In this document: positions 35,901 through 46,800 of the stretch, in pieces
Layout of the letters: the number at the start of each line of letters is the position of its first letter
How positions within the stretch are numbered: position 1 is the first letter of the stretch
IMG/VR virus record: IMGVR_UViG_3300026097_001055
Coordinates: 32,001 to 96,000 of that record
Reading direction: 5' to 3' (one strand)
DNA length: 64,000 nucleotides
Source of the DNA: a virus
Program-made: the position numbers and the translations under genes
Notes under the pieces: generated by a model
Told to the model about the DNA's origin: nothing
The model's database searches: none
What the model saw: the letters and a program-made list of their open reading frames with translations, nothing else

Positions 35901-37875
35901 AGCTAACACAACTGTAGATGAGTCTAAATTTGAATCATTCATTAGAAAGTTTTTAGATGCTAGACTTTTAAAAATTGAAGAGATTGATATAGCTAATGTA
36001 ATTGAACAATTACTTTTACCAGAGGTATACAGTGAATATATAGCTAAACAGTTAGCTAGAGCTAAAGATCTGAATAAATACTTTGATGCTATATTAAAAT
36101 ATGATTTAGAAACATTTACTGAAGCTGCTATTACTAATCAATTTTTAGCTCAATTGGTTAATGACCATAATATATTCCTTACAGCTGATGATGTTGTAGA
36201 ATTACTTACAGGACAGATTCCAGCAGATTTAAGATTGTTTGATATTAAGACATTAGAACAAGTAAACCCTGGAACAGAAAGATATATAAAAGCATTAGCT
36301 GATATTAAAGAACATGTAGAGTCAACTGATGAATTTAAAAAAGAAAGAAAAGCTAAAGAAGAAGCTGAGAAGGCCGCTAAAGCTAAAACAGAAGAAGAAG
36401 TAGTAGCAGAAGAAGAAGAGGAAGCACCAGCATCTACTGAAGAGATTACTGTAAAAATGATTACAGATGATGTACCTAATAACTTAAATAATATACCAAA
36501 AGAATTAAAAGATCTTATTCTTAAAAGAATTACAGAGTTTAATGAAGAACTTACAAAAAGTATTGATCAAATTACAGAACCTGAACTGAAAAAACTTTTA
36601 GCAGCTCAAAAACTTACAATAGATACATTGTCTAAAGATAATGAACAAATGTTAAGAGATGCAATAGATGAATACAACAATAAAGCATCAGAAAAAACAG
36701 CTCAATCCACAGAAGAGAAAAAAGAAGAGTCTGCTGCAAAACCAAAAGCTTCTGAATCAACAGCTACTAAACCATCTCAAGTAAGCATTGCTGATTTTAC
36801 TGGAGAAGGTTATGAACAGGCTCATGAGTATTTAAAAAGATTACTTGACGGAGGTTATGCATTGTTTAAAATTAAATCTACAAATGATTTAATGAAAATT
36901 ATTGGTAATCAATTATTTCATTTAGCTACAGTGCAAGTAGATGGATCTTCAGCAAGTAGAACAAAAATTTTACTTACACAGGAACAACTTGCTAAGTTTA
37001 TACCTAATATATTAAAAGCAGAAAGTCAGAATACTTCTTTTGCTATTACATTTGATAATGTTAATACTATTTTAGATTCTACAATTACTACAACAACTCA
37101 GGGAAGTGTAATAGATGACTTTAAGTTTTATATGTACCCTACTGAAAAGTCAGGTATTTATCAATATCCTATAATAGTAGATGATAAAACTTATTATGTA
37201 GAATCAGAAGAGATTGCTGATTTCTGGTCAAAAGATAGTAAAACAGCTCTTTATTCATTAGATGTTACTAACTTAACTGAGTTTAATAAAACAGAAGCTA
37301 CTGATACTAAAGCTTTAGATGAATTAGAAAACGAATTAATTACTTTACTAAATAATCTTACTATAGATAATTATTATGATACTGTAAAGGCAACTCAAAA
37401 ACTTATAATTGATTATAACTTGAACTCAAAAAATAAAGAAAAAGTTAAAGAAACAGATGCTTTAGAAGCGTTAGATCTAAAGTTAGAACAATTAAAGAAA
37501 ACAATAACTATAGATAACTTTAAAGTCTCTAAAGATAAAGTTTATCAAAAAACTGGTATTTCTAAAACTTATACCGTAAAATCTATTAATAAAAAAGATA
37601 AAAAAGTTACCTTTGAATCTATAGGAGATGGTAAATTTATGACTTTAGCCGAAGAAAATTTATATCAAATGAGAGAAGTTAAAATTGATGAAGAGGGTAC
37701 AACAGCTGATGATGTTGTAGAAACACCTATGTCAGAAGAAGCAAATGAAAAATTTGAAGGTACTAAGAATACAACAGATACTTTAACAGCTGACCAAATA
37801 AAGGAGGCGGTTGATTCAGTAACTGGAGAAGAAAACCTTGAAGATTTAATGGATGGTCTAGAAGAAATATGTTAA
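32938..37875 (+). CDS. Large cargo/ejection protein with putative membrane-inserting segments
   Basis: 1645 aa; Gly/Ala hydrophobic stretches (AGYTVGLLSSIIVEEVAIGLLTGGIG; GLEIFGTGAMMGFIAG); EGIQEYFQ motif; only Cys is the last residue. Confidence 0.7.
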   Translation: MEENQNINPEQITNPELINDELTADELTVDELTTDQSTTDESTISSEPVISPKYTQQEAFLRAAANRESIEIDKNILSNVANEANKNVNQYAAMAKHGVNYGSANRGGLNLQRYYNRDEFQKLGFNPFIDNESYYQANTTAWDDFRAAYQQSWNLAKQGFFSYYSGQTEYEKADAYEKYANIGTSQREGASRIFNNVVLNAGYTVGLLSSIIVEEVAIGLLTGGIGNIGKLGVTAAKVGTGVKKANALKRTVNAVKELKNLSNVDKARSLWQGTKNLGTATVKASTNFIPGAKTAELIYNWKHLGKLGKSAGQASFASFGAKAAHTFGTFYREGREVLLAYDEAQLESGMIYNSIMDELTMQYKQDNNGNLPSKEDLNAFHDIAYDRSMKGFTKNMAIIYGTNKISFGNMFNKLAPSLARKTAKGFQNSGGKIVKGFDGRSARAVYNKGILNIKGSAAEAWKGVKNYKSTLKAIPGFIGKNAWTYTRANVGEGIQEYFQEVIQHAEQTSAKDLYAKYKSGVRGVALNQAMEDMSFAENYGKAASHFWSGEGLEIFGTGAMMGFIAGPYSKFVGKVGQARSELWQYRNKKTRDARKAHMQKEYDILDKKVENFNKLSLDEKKNLYKYVELMGNQAQYDEEMKDAVDQNDDKKFYDVQDEALSEYLLSALQLGMLDNFESGLKDMLNLSEQEFTEAFADQLGLDPEQSLNLKKRATDILGSVTNIKEGYETLNNIFPEIYDFTNENPELFDGVSIDTLNDMRNKYISTLILNQRQLNRNLDRYQKLQQSLIGVDNPFRDVGAVSLSSLSNLVSNTTLAKELKLLETEINTIKQGRESAQQMVGTQKQVNEATKELKKKERLYKKLSEIYEVMQKFETQSKKYSQITGVQNIEQSGRVNLLKGTYLNYLVNKSKSVSAKVTGVKKVEGKPALLTIEYTEGEGKDKTKVTKEIEFVKDNILELQIDAGTESMTISKSAQAKIKSYLKEIAKEANTTVDESKFESFIRKFLDARLLKIEEIDIANVIEQLLLPEVYSEYIAKQLARAKDLNKYFDAILKYDLETFTEAAITNQFLAQLVNDHNIFLTADDVVELLTGQIPADLRLFDIKTLEQVNPGTERYIKALADIKEHVESTDEFKKERKAKEEAEKAAKAKTEEEVVAEEEEEAPASTEEITVKMITDDVPNNLNNIPKELKDLILKRITEFNEELTKSIDQITEPELKKLLAAQKLTIDTLSKDNEQMLRDAIDEYNNKASEKTAQSTEEKKEESAAKPKASESTATKPSQVSIADFTGEGYEQAHEYLKRLLDGGYALFKIKSTNDLMKIIGNQLFHLATVQVDGSSASRTKILLTQEQLAKFIPNILKAESQNTSFAITFDNVNTILDSTITTTTQGSVIDDFKFYMYPTEKSGIYQYPIIVDDKTYYVESEEIADFWSKDSKTALYSLDVTNLTEFNKTEATDTKALDELENELITLLNNLTIDNYYDTVKATQKLIIDYNLNSKNKEKVKETDALEALDLKLEQLKKTITIDNFKVSKDKVYQKTGISKTYTVKSINKKDKKVTFESIGDGKFMTLAEENLYQMREVKIDEEGTTADDVVETPMSEEANEKFEGTKNTTDTLTADQIKEAVDSVTGEENLEDLMDGLEEIC
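32995..33069 (+). repeat. Imperfect 15-bp tandem repeat x5 (DELTx/DxSTx)
   Basis: GATGAATTAACAGCT and variants. Confidence 0.85.
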
Positions 37876-37878
37876 GAT

Positions 37879-40800
37879 ATGAAATGTAGTTTAAATGTAG
37901 AAGCACAGTTAGGATTTACTAAGATTTTTTCTAGTGGTTTATTAAATATAGCAAAAGATCCTGCTAAATTAGAAGACTTTAGTTTAGAAACTTATGTTAA
38001 TTATTTAGTCAATGCCTTAGAATCTAAAGGCAAAGATCGTGAAGTAATACTTAATTATGTAAGCATTATACCATCTATAGTTGGTCAGCTTATTCCATTG
38101 ACACAATTTAAACCTTTAAGACCAGGTTTAAGAGCTACAGAGTCCGCAGAATTATTAGATCTTATTTCAGATGCTCAAGGTATAGAAGAGTTAAATGAAA
38201 TTTTTTTTGAGAAGCCTTCTAAAGACCAACTTAAAAAAGATTTAAAAACTAACAGAGATAACAAAAGAGTAGATCAAGCTAATGCTGATGAGGAAGTTAA
38301 CGAAAATCCTCCATCAGATCCTGAGTCAGAAAAAGAAATGGCTGCAGAAATAACTCTTAATGCTGTACCTGATTCTGTTTTAGCATCTACTCAACAAGTA
38401 ATTGATGAAGATGGAAACATAAAACCTGAATATGTTTTTTATAATACTTTTCTAGCTGATTTATCTGATATGCTTGCCGGTGATACTAGTGCAGAAACAT
38501 TGGCTAAAATGAGTTTTACTGATACTGAAGGTAAAACAGTTAAAGGTATTACTGTTAGAATGGCTTTCTTATCACAAGTAGTTACTAACATTAATAAAAG
38601 AAAACAAAACGGGATTGATACAAATCCTGAAACAAGTAGGGTAATGCCTGTGGTTATATTCACAAACAAAAAAGGTGAACCTATTTATTTTAAGAAAGAA
38701 GACAACGGTATGTATACAGTTTATACTGAAGAGGAAGCTCGTGAAGAAAATGATGCATTACCTGTATATTTTGCTGTTAGAGCTATAGAAAAGAAAAAGG
38801 GTAGATGGGTTTCTAAAACTAAAATACAAACACCTTTAGATATATTACAAACAAGTAAAGGTGGTAAAAGAGCTTTAGAAAAATATAAAGAGGAAGACCC
38901 TGATGGTTACAATGCAGATCTAGAAAGAATAGATATGCAACAACAACAGGAATTTCTTATGTTACATTTAGCAAAAGAAAAACTAAAATCTACAAAACTC
39001 AGTAAAGTTAGAAACTTATTAAATAACCATTTTAAAGGAGGTACATACTTTTTACAAGGTACTCTTACTAAAAGAGGTACAGGTAAATCTAGAAATTTTA
39101 ATGTTACTGATGCTAAAGCTGCACCGGAATTAAAAGCAGATGACGTTAAAAACATGAAAGTTTTCATAAATGATAATTTACAAGAAATCATAGATGAACA
39201 GAAGCTAGCAGGATTTAAAGTAATGGAACGTAAAGGTGTTTACATTACTCAGATGAAAAAAAAACCTAAACTCAAAACTAAAGATGGTTCTGAGTTTAAT
39301 GATGTTTATGAAATACAATTAAAGTTTAAAAAAACAGTTAATGGTAAAATAAAGTATACTACAAAAACAATAGGTGTTTTACAAGCTACAGAATTTAATA
39401 CAGCTAATACTTCTTCTATAGAATTTGCTGGAATAAGTAAAGGTTACATAGCTGTAGAAAGAACAGCAGAAACTAGAACTTCATCAATTAAATGGGAGTC
39501 ATCAGATGTTCCATTTAATCCAGCATTAGGAGGAGCAAAGGTTAGATCTACAGGTATTAATCCTGGTGAAATATATATCCCAGCCGGAAATACAAATATT
39601 CCATTACAAATGGATTCTATATCTAATGAAGATATAAATACTATTAACTCTTTACTTTTTGATAAGGATTTAAAAACACAAGCTAGTGTTAAGAGTAGAG
39701 TTAAAGAACTAAGTAATGAAGATAGATTTAAAGCTTTAGCTACAATTTTAACATTAGGTGATAGAAATGAAGAAGGTGCACAAAGTCATATTTCCGGAAT
39801 ACAATATTATCCAAAAACAGGAAAGGTTATTGTAGATGGAGTTACTATAAAACTTGATGATCCTGCATCTGTAAAAAGAGGTAAAGAATTAGTAAAAAGT
39901 TTACTTACTGAAACAGTAACTACTAAAGCAGGTAAAGACTCAGGATACACTAGAATTAAATATAAAATATCAAATACAGTTTTAAAAACGGGTGGTAATA
40001 TAGAAACCTATAGTATTGAAAACGGGATTCTTAAAAGAGTTAATGTTAATGTTTTAGATTTCATAAAAGACAATTCTATAATCAGAGTAGTGCCTTTAAA
40101 TAATGAAATTAAATATGTTAATGGTTATGTTAGATTTAGTCTTAGTGAAACAGCAGTTGCTGAGAAAGAAGGTATGCCTACTGAGGCTGAAGAAGAAGTA
40201 ATAGAAAAAGTTACTCCTAAAAAACCTGTAGCTAGAAGAAAAACTACACCTGTTAAGAAAGATATTAAAGTAACACCTCCTAAGTTTTCAGAAACTAAGC
40301 CTGTTGATTTAACTGATAGAGGAAATGTAGGTGAACAAAGAACATTAGATGATGATTTACCAACCATAGATGACCTGTTAAATAAAGCTAAGAATAGCCC
40401 AGAGTTATTAGATTCAGATCCTGTGTCTGATGCACAAGCTAAGGCATGGTTAGAAGGCCCTGGAAAAGCTTTATTCAATAATACTGGAATATCTTTTAAC
40501 AGAGCTTTTGATGTGGTTAATTCAAACGCTTTTGGTACATTCAGAGATGGTGTAATTTCATTATGGAAAGGTTCTGATTATACAGTAGCTTATCACGAAG
40601 CATGGCATGCTTTTTCACAACACTTTGTAACAGTTGGTGATAAAATAAAACTATATAATTATGTAGCTAAAACAGATTCAGGTAAAAAAGCATTAGCTGA
40701 ATATGCTAAAGAAAAACAAATTGATGTAGACTCTTTAACTGATATTCAAAAATACTTTGCTGTAGAAGAACTTATTGCTGAAGACTTCAGAATTTATATG

Positions 40801-43800
40801 ATGTCTGGAGGTAGTAAAATAATCAAAGGTGCTCCTGAAAGAAATACAATATTTAGAAGAATCTTAAATTTCCTAAAGAATTTATTTGTAGGTAAAGATG
40901 GAAATCAGATGCTTACTGAGATGTATAATAACTTAAGAAAAGGAGAGCTTAATACTTATTTACCAAGTCAGTCTAATAGAATATTCGGAAAGACATTAAA
41001 TAAGTTTAAGCCTGTTCCTGGTAATACTCATGAATTTACACCACAAGATTTAATACATGCTAATGAGACAATTGGTGGATATCTTTCAGAAGTTATTTCA
41101 GACAAAACTATAGAAAAGGGAGCTTCTATATTTAGCTTATTGGTTCTTGACCCTAGTACAAACTTACCTAAAATTTATAAAAATGTACAACAAAAATTAG
41201 AAGCTAAACTTTTAGAATTACAAGCAGAAGAAGAACTTACTTCCAATGAAGAAAATGCTATAAAGCTTATTTCAGCTATACTTGATAACTGGGGTAATTC
41301 TAAAATAGGTATGGTAGCTAATCATTTAGAATCTATCAAATATTTAGATATTACTAAAGTTGATTTTGATGAAGATGCTTTTAGAATTACTGAAGAAGAT
41401 CAAGAAACTATGCGCTTTGATGCTGCAGGTAATGACTTATCTTCTGTAGATGTAGCATCTAAAGGAGTCAAGTTAATGTTGTCTTTAATCCCTAACAGAG
41501 ATAATGAAGGAGATGTATTTAGAAATGAGTTAGGAGCTGTTGAATTAGTTCCTTTTGCTAGAGTCTGGTCTGTTGTTAAAGACAAAGTTATTGGTAAAAA
41601 CTCTCCTGAAGAAATGATAGATGCTTTAAAAGAATTAAGATTTAGTTTTCCTTGGGTTATAGATATTATAAACACATTACAACCGGTTGAAAATATTAAT
41701 AATTCTTCTAACTTACAGCAATTACTTTACTTAAGAAATAGTTTTTTCCATAGCTTTAATTTAGCTGAAAGAGACCTACACCAGGTAAACATAAATGAAG
41801 AAAAGACTATAGTAATTGATGAAGAAGGTGGTAAAACTGTAAATAAAAGTCACACAATAAGAACTGGTGTAGTAAGTGGTGTAAGTAAATATGCTATTAC
41901 TGAATTTAGAAGTATGTTTGCTTCAGCAGGACCTAGTGAATTTATATTATCTACAACAGAAGGTAACGCTTTAAATGTAACAGCAGTATTAGATAGATGG
42001 ACTAAAGCTCCTAACACACCTGAAGAAAAGTTAGCCTTTTTAAGACATTTAGGTTTAGTAATGGTTGATGTACCTGCGGTCAGAGAAGCTATTAAGAATA
42101 TTGAAGTAGGCTTTTTATGGAGTAGTTTAGATGAGTATAATAAAAATTATGTAATAGGTGGAGAAGCTAATGCTAATTTTATTATGGATCCTCTTACCTT
42201 ATTAACTTTAGGTAAAAAAGAAATATATAAGATACAAGGTTCTACTAAAACAATGCCTAAAGTTACCGTAACTAGTCAAAGTAGTACCATCAATGCTTTA
42301 GCTGAAATGCATGTAAAGTATTCAGGTAATTATGCTAACGTTGCTCTTACAACAGCTGATGGAAAGCAAAAGTATAACACAACACTTATGTCTTCATTAG
42401 ATGTAATGGTTAAGGAATTAAATAATGTTGAGTCATATGCTGAGTTAGTTAACCTTCCTCATATGAGCCATTTAAAAATGGACAAGTTCTTTATGGCAAG
42501 TGCTAATCCTATTCTAAAATCTTTATTTGAATATGATGAGATTGCTGGTACTTTTGGTAAAAGAAGAAAAGGAATAGTATTTACAGTTGATGACCTTACA
42601 GGAGTACAAACAGTAGTAAATGAATTATATGCAGACTTTTCTAGAAGTGTGGTAACTGCTAAAATGGATAGATTTACTAGAATACAATCTGACATATATA
42701 GTGGGTTAATGCAAGGTAAGTTTAGTACTACTACTCACTCCGATAAGAGTACAGCCTTAACCTATTATCTAAATAGCATAGAAGGTTCTTCACCTAAAGC
42801 TAAACACTTGTATGTTAATCCAACAGGATTTAGAATAAATGATAATACAGCAGGTATTGAAGAAGCTTTTGCTTTGTTAGAACCTTATATTAATGGAGAG
42901 CTTGAAAGAATAAATAAAGTAAAAGCTTTCACTAATGGTGAAATAGAATTAGATAGAATTCCTGGAGTTACTATTCCTAATAGTAAAGGTAAAATGACTG
43001 GAGATAAGTTTAAATTTATCTCTGGTATATTTACTAATTCTACACTAGAAGATCTTTCTCAATACAATGATATGAGTGAGGTACCTGATGAATTAGCTCA
43101 GACAATGATAGAAGAATATTCTATGTATGTAGACACTAAAGTTGATGAAATAAAGGATATGTTAGATGGAACTTTATTTGTTGATGCTAATATGATAGAT
43201 CTTCTTAATTCTATGGGTGAAGGTCTTGAAGGAGTTAACCCTAAACAAAAAAGAGAAGCTGCAGAACATGCTGTGTTATACGGATATGTTACAAATTATT
43301 TCTTTCATCAAGCTGCTACAGTATCCTTACTTTATGGTGATCTTACTGAATACAATATGGCTAAACATGATTTTAATAAACGTAATGCAGCAGTAGCAGC
43401 TACTGGAATACGTATGTTTAGAACAGACAGTGAAGCACTTACTTGGGTAAATGCTGAATACAAATCAACCTCTGATAAATTATCATACGCTCAAAAACAA
43501 GGAGTAGCTGATTATAGAATAGGGGAAGTGTTAAGAACAGCTGTTATTAAAGATCTTTTAAAAGATTCTGTTTCTATGGGTAGTCCTGAAATGAAAAAAC
43601 AGTTAATAGCTAAATATAAAGAAAGAGGCCTTAACCAAACGCAAGCTATAGAAGCAGCAGATAAGCTTATAAACTATTATAAAGGTATGGAGGTTGCTGA
43701 TGCTCAAGGTTATATAAGCTTTGATCATTATAGAAAATTAAGAATGCTTAGTGATAGATGGTCTCCTTCATTAGATGCTATCTATTATAAAACAATAAAT

Positions 43801-46800
43801 GCTCCAGAAACTGTTACTGAGGAAGAAATGTTACAAGCGTTTCCTCCATTAAAATACCAGTATGATGGGCCATTAGCTACTAAATCTTACAATGCTCATG
43901 CTTTCCATAAGTATTCATTAGTCCCTTTAATTCCTACAGTGATAGAAGGAACTGATCTAGAAGTTTTACATAATACAATGATTGAACAAGGACTTACTTA
44001 TACTACACATAAGACAGGTTCTAAGATTAGTGATGTTGTAGGTGAAACAAATGAGTTAGATGATTGGCATGGTTATTTAAGTACACCTGTGGATGATAGA
44101 CCAGCTAGTTTTAATTTTACACCTAATGGTGTTTATCTAAAATATCTAAAAAATCAGTTAGATATCAACACTGTTAAAAAAGGCAAGGTTATATTTTCTA
44201 CTCAGATGCGTAAGCTTATCATAGACGGTATGTATAATATAGGTGAACCTATAAATGAACTAAGCCGTGAAAAAGTAGACAACTATGAAAAATCTTTAGA
44301 GTTGTTTATGGGCATGCGTTTACTAGATCTTCAACTAGAATTAGGAATGGATCCGGAAAATCCTAATTCTAAACCTGATAATGAAAAGCTTTTAAAATTA
44401 ATTATTGATGAACTTGATGCTCAAGATATTGCTGAGCACAATCTAGATTACATTAAGCTGGACAGTCAAGGTAACTTTACTTATGACTTTTCTATAGGTT
44501 TGAATTCTTTACAGATAGAGCATTCTTTACTAGCTATTGTAAACAATAGATTAGTTAGACAAAAAGTATTAGGGGAGCCTCTAGTACAGATGTCAAATGC
44601 AATGATGAGTAAAAGAAAAGCTACAGCAGATGAGTTGGAAACTTATGGTGATAGTGATTTAAAATTTTATCAACCTAATTATTTTGAAGATGGTAGAACT
44701 TTAGGAGCTGAATCTAAGATATCTATAGGTCAAGGAAACTTCAAGCAGTTGTTTAACTTAATTGACTATAGAGATGGTCAAAAAGTAGGAGTTGTAGAAA
44801 AAGTAGAAAAGGATCTTGAAACAGGTAAGGAAAGAGTAATATACAATGAGAAAAAATCTTTAGAAAGACTTAATGATTTAATACAAGATGAGACTTGGAG
44901 AAAACAAGAAGGTAATATAGAATTAATATCTTTAGCTGGTGTACGTATTCCTGTACAAGGTCATAACTCAATGGTTAATTTTATTGTAAAAGAATTTTTA
45001 CCAACCTCTGCCGGTTCTATTATTATACCACCTTTTGAAATTGTTGCTCAATCAGGATCGGATTTTGATATTGATAAGTTGTCTATACTTATGCCTCATA
45101 TTACTAGGCAAGGTAACTCTGTAAAAGCTCTTAGAGCTGACCTATCTATAACAAAAGCATCTGATATTATAGCTAAAAGAGCTGCAATTAAGACGAAATT
45201 AGTAACAGCTAAGAAATCTTTACAGGAAAAAAGAAGTGCCTTTGATATAGCTGCAAAAAAAGCATTCAAAGCTAAGTTAACGGCTGAACAATTTCAAGAA
45301 TTAAACTTAATTAAAAACGAGTATAGAGATTTAATAAAAGAGCAAACAGATTTATTAAAAGATGCTACAGAAGAAACTATAGAATTAATAGAAGAAAAGA
45401 TTCTAGAATTAAATACGGCCCAATCTGAAGCAATAAAAGCTTTTGGTAGAAGTATCAATGAAGCCAGAGTAGTAGAGTTTGAAACTAACTCTAATGAAGC
45501 TAAAGAAGTAAATAAAGTATTAGAAACAATCAACTCATATAAATATGATTTAGCTACTCTTAATACTAAAGCTTTTGAAAATGAAATGTTATTTAGTATA
45601 ACAGACATACTAGCATTACCTCAAACATTTTTGTCTTTAATTACACCTAACAGTACTGATATGTTTACAGGTCCTGGTAGTCTAGTGGAAGAACTAAAAA
45701 AGTTTAGAGATTATAAATCAGAAAAAACCGTTCATGAAAAAGACCCGTATAATGATTTACAAAAAACTACCCCTGCTACTAATATTTTAGAGCCTGCCTA
45801 CAACATGTCTATTCATGAGCAAAATTCTGTAGGTAAGGATGTATTAGGTACTGCAGCTGTAGCAAACACTTTTAACACTTTATTTGCTAGAATGGGCTTT
45901 ACTATACCTAAGTCATATGAAGTGTTTACACCAAAAGGGTCTTACACTAGAGAAGTAGAAATATTTTTAAAAGCAAATGAAGTAACTATAGAAGGTGAAG
46001 AACGTATATCTTTAGCAAGTTTATATAATCAAAAAGGAGTTAAAATAGCAGACATTATAAATCAAATTATAAATGGATATGTTGACGTTGCTAAAGATGC
46101 TTGGATTTTTGATGTTCAAGGAAATAAACAATTAGCACCTGTTTTATTATTTCTTGTTCAATCAGGGGTACCTGTTGAGCAAGCTGTTTATTTCTTATCT
46201 AACCCTGCTGTAAAAGAATACGCCCGATTAGTAAAAAAATACAGTTCTCCATTTACTCAAATTAAATCAGAAGATGATACTACTGCTAACGAAAGAGCTA
46301 AAACAGAAATACTCAAGGAATTTGGAGTAAAGAAAACAGCAAATGCTGCAATTTTCGGCTTAGCTAAAAAGAAAAGAAATGAACTTAAAGAAAGAGGTAT
46401 CACAGAGTTTAAAGAAACCTATTTAAAAAAATTAACATCTACTGAAGTATATGATAGACAAAATTTTAACATCTTTCTACACTTTTTAGAATTACAAGAT
46501 CATAGTAAGCATGTAACAAGTATAGTAACTAACTTTAATAATGATACTACTAGACAAACTGAATTGTATGGTCTGCAGCAAAAAGAAACAGAACAAAGAG
46601 CTGTACTATCTGAAAATCCATTCTTTTCTGAAACAGAATATGCCAAGCTACTTCAATCCCCTATAGGTAGTTTTTTTCAGGTTAATAATTTCCAGAATCA
46701 GTTATGGTCAGATTTATTTAATTTTTCAGCAGATACTGATATTAATGATATAATAAGTGATTTTTTAGCAGACTATGAACAAAGACAAACTGCTATAAGC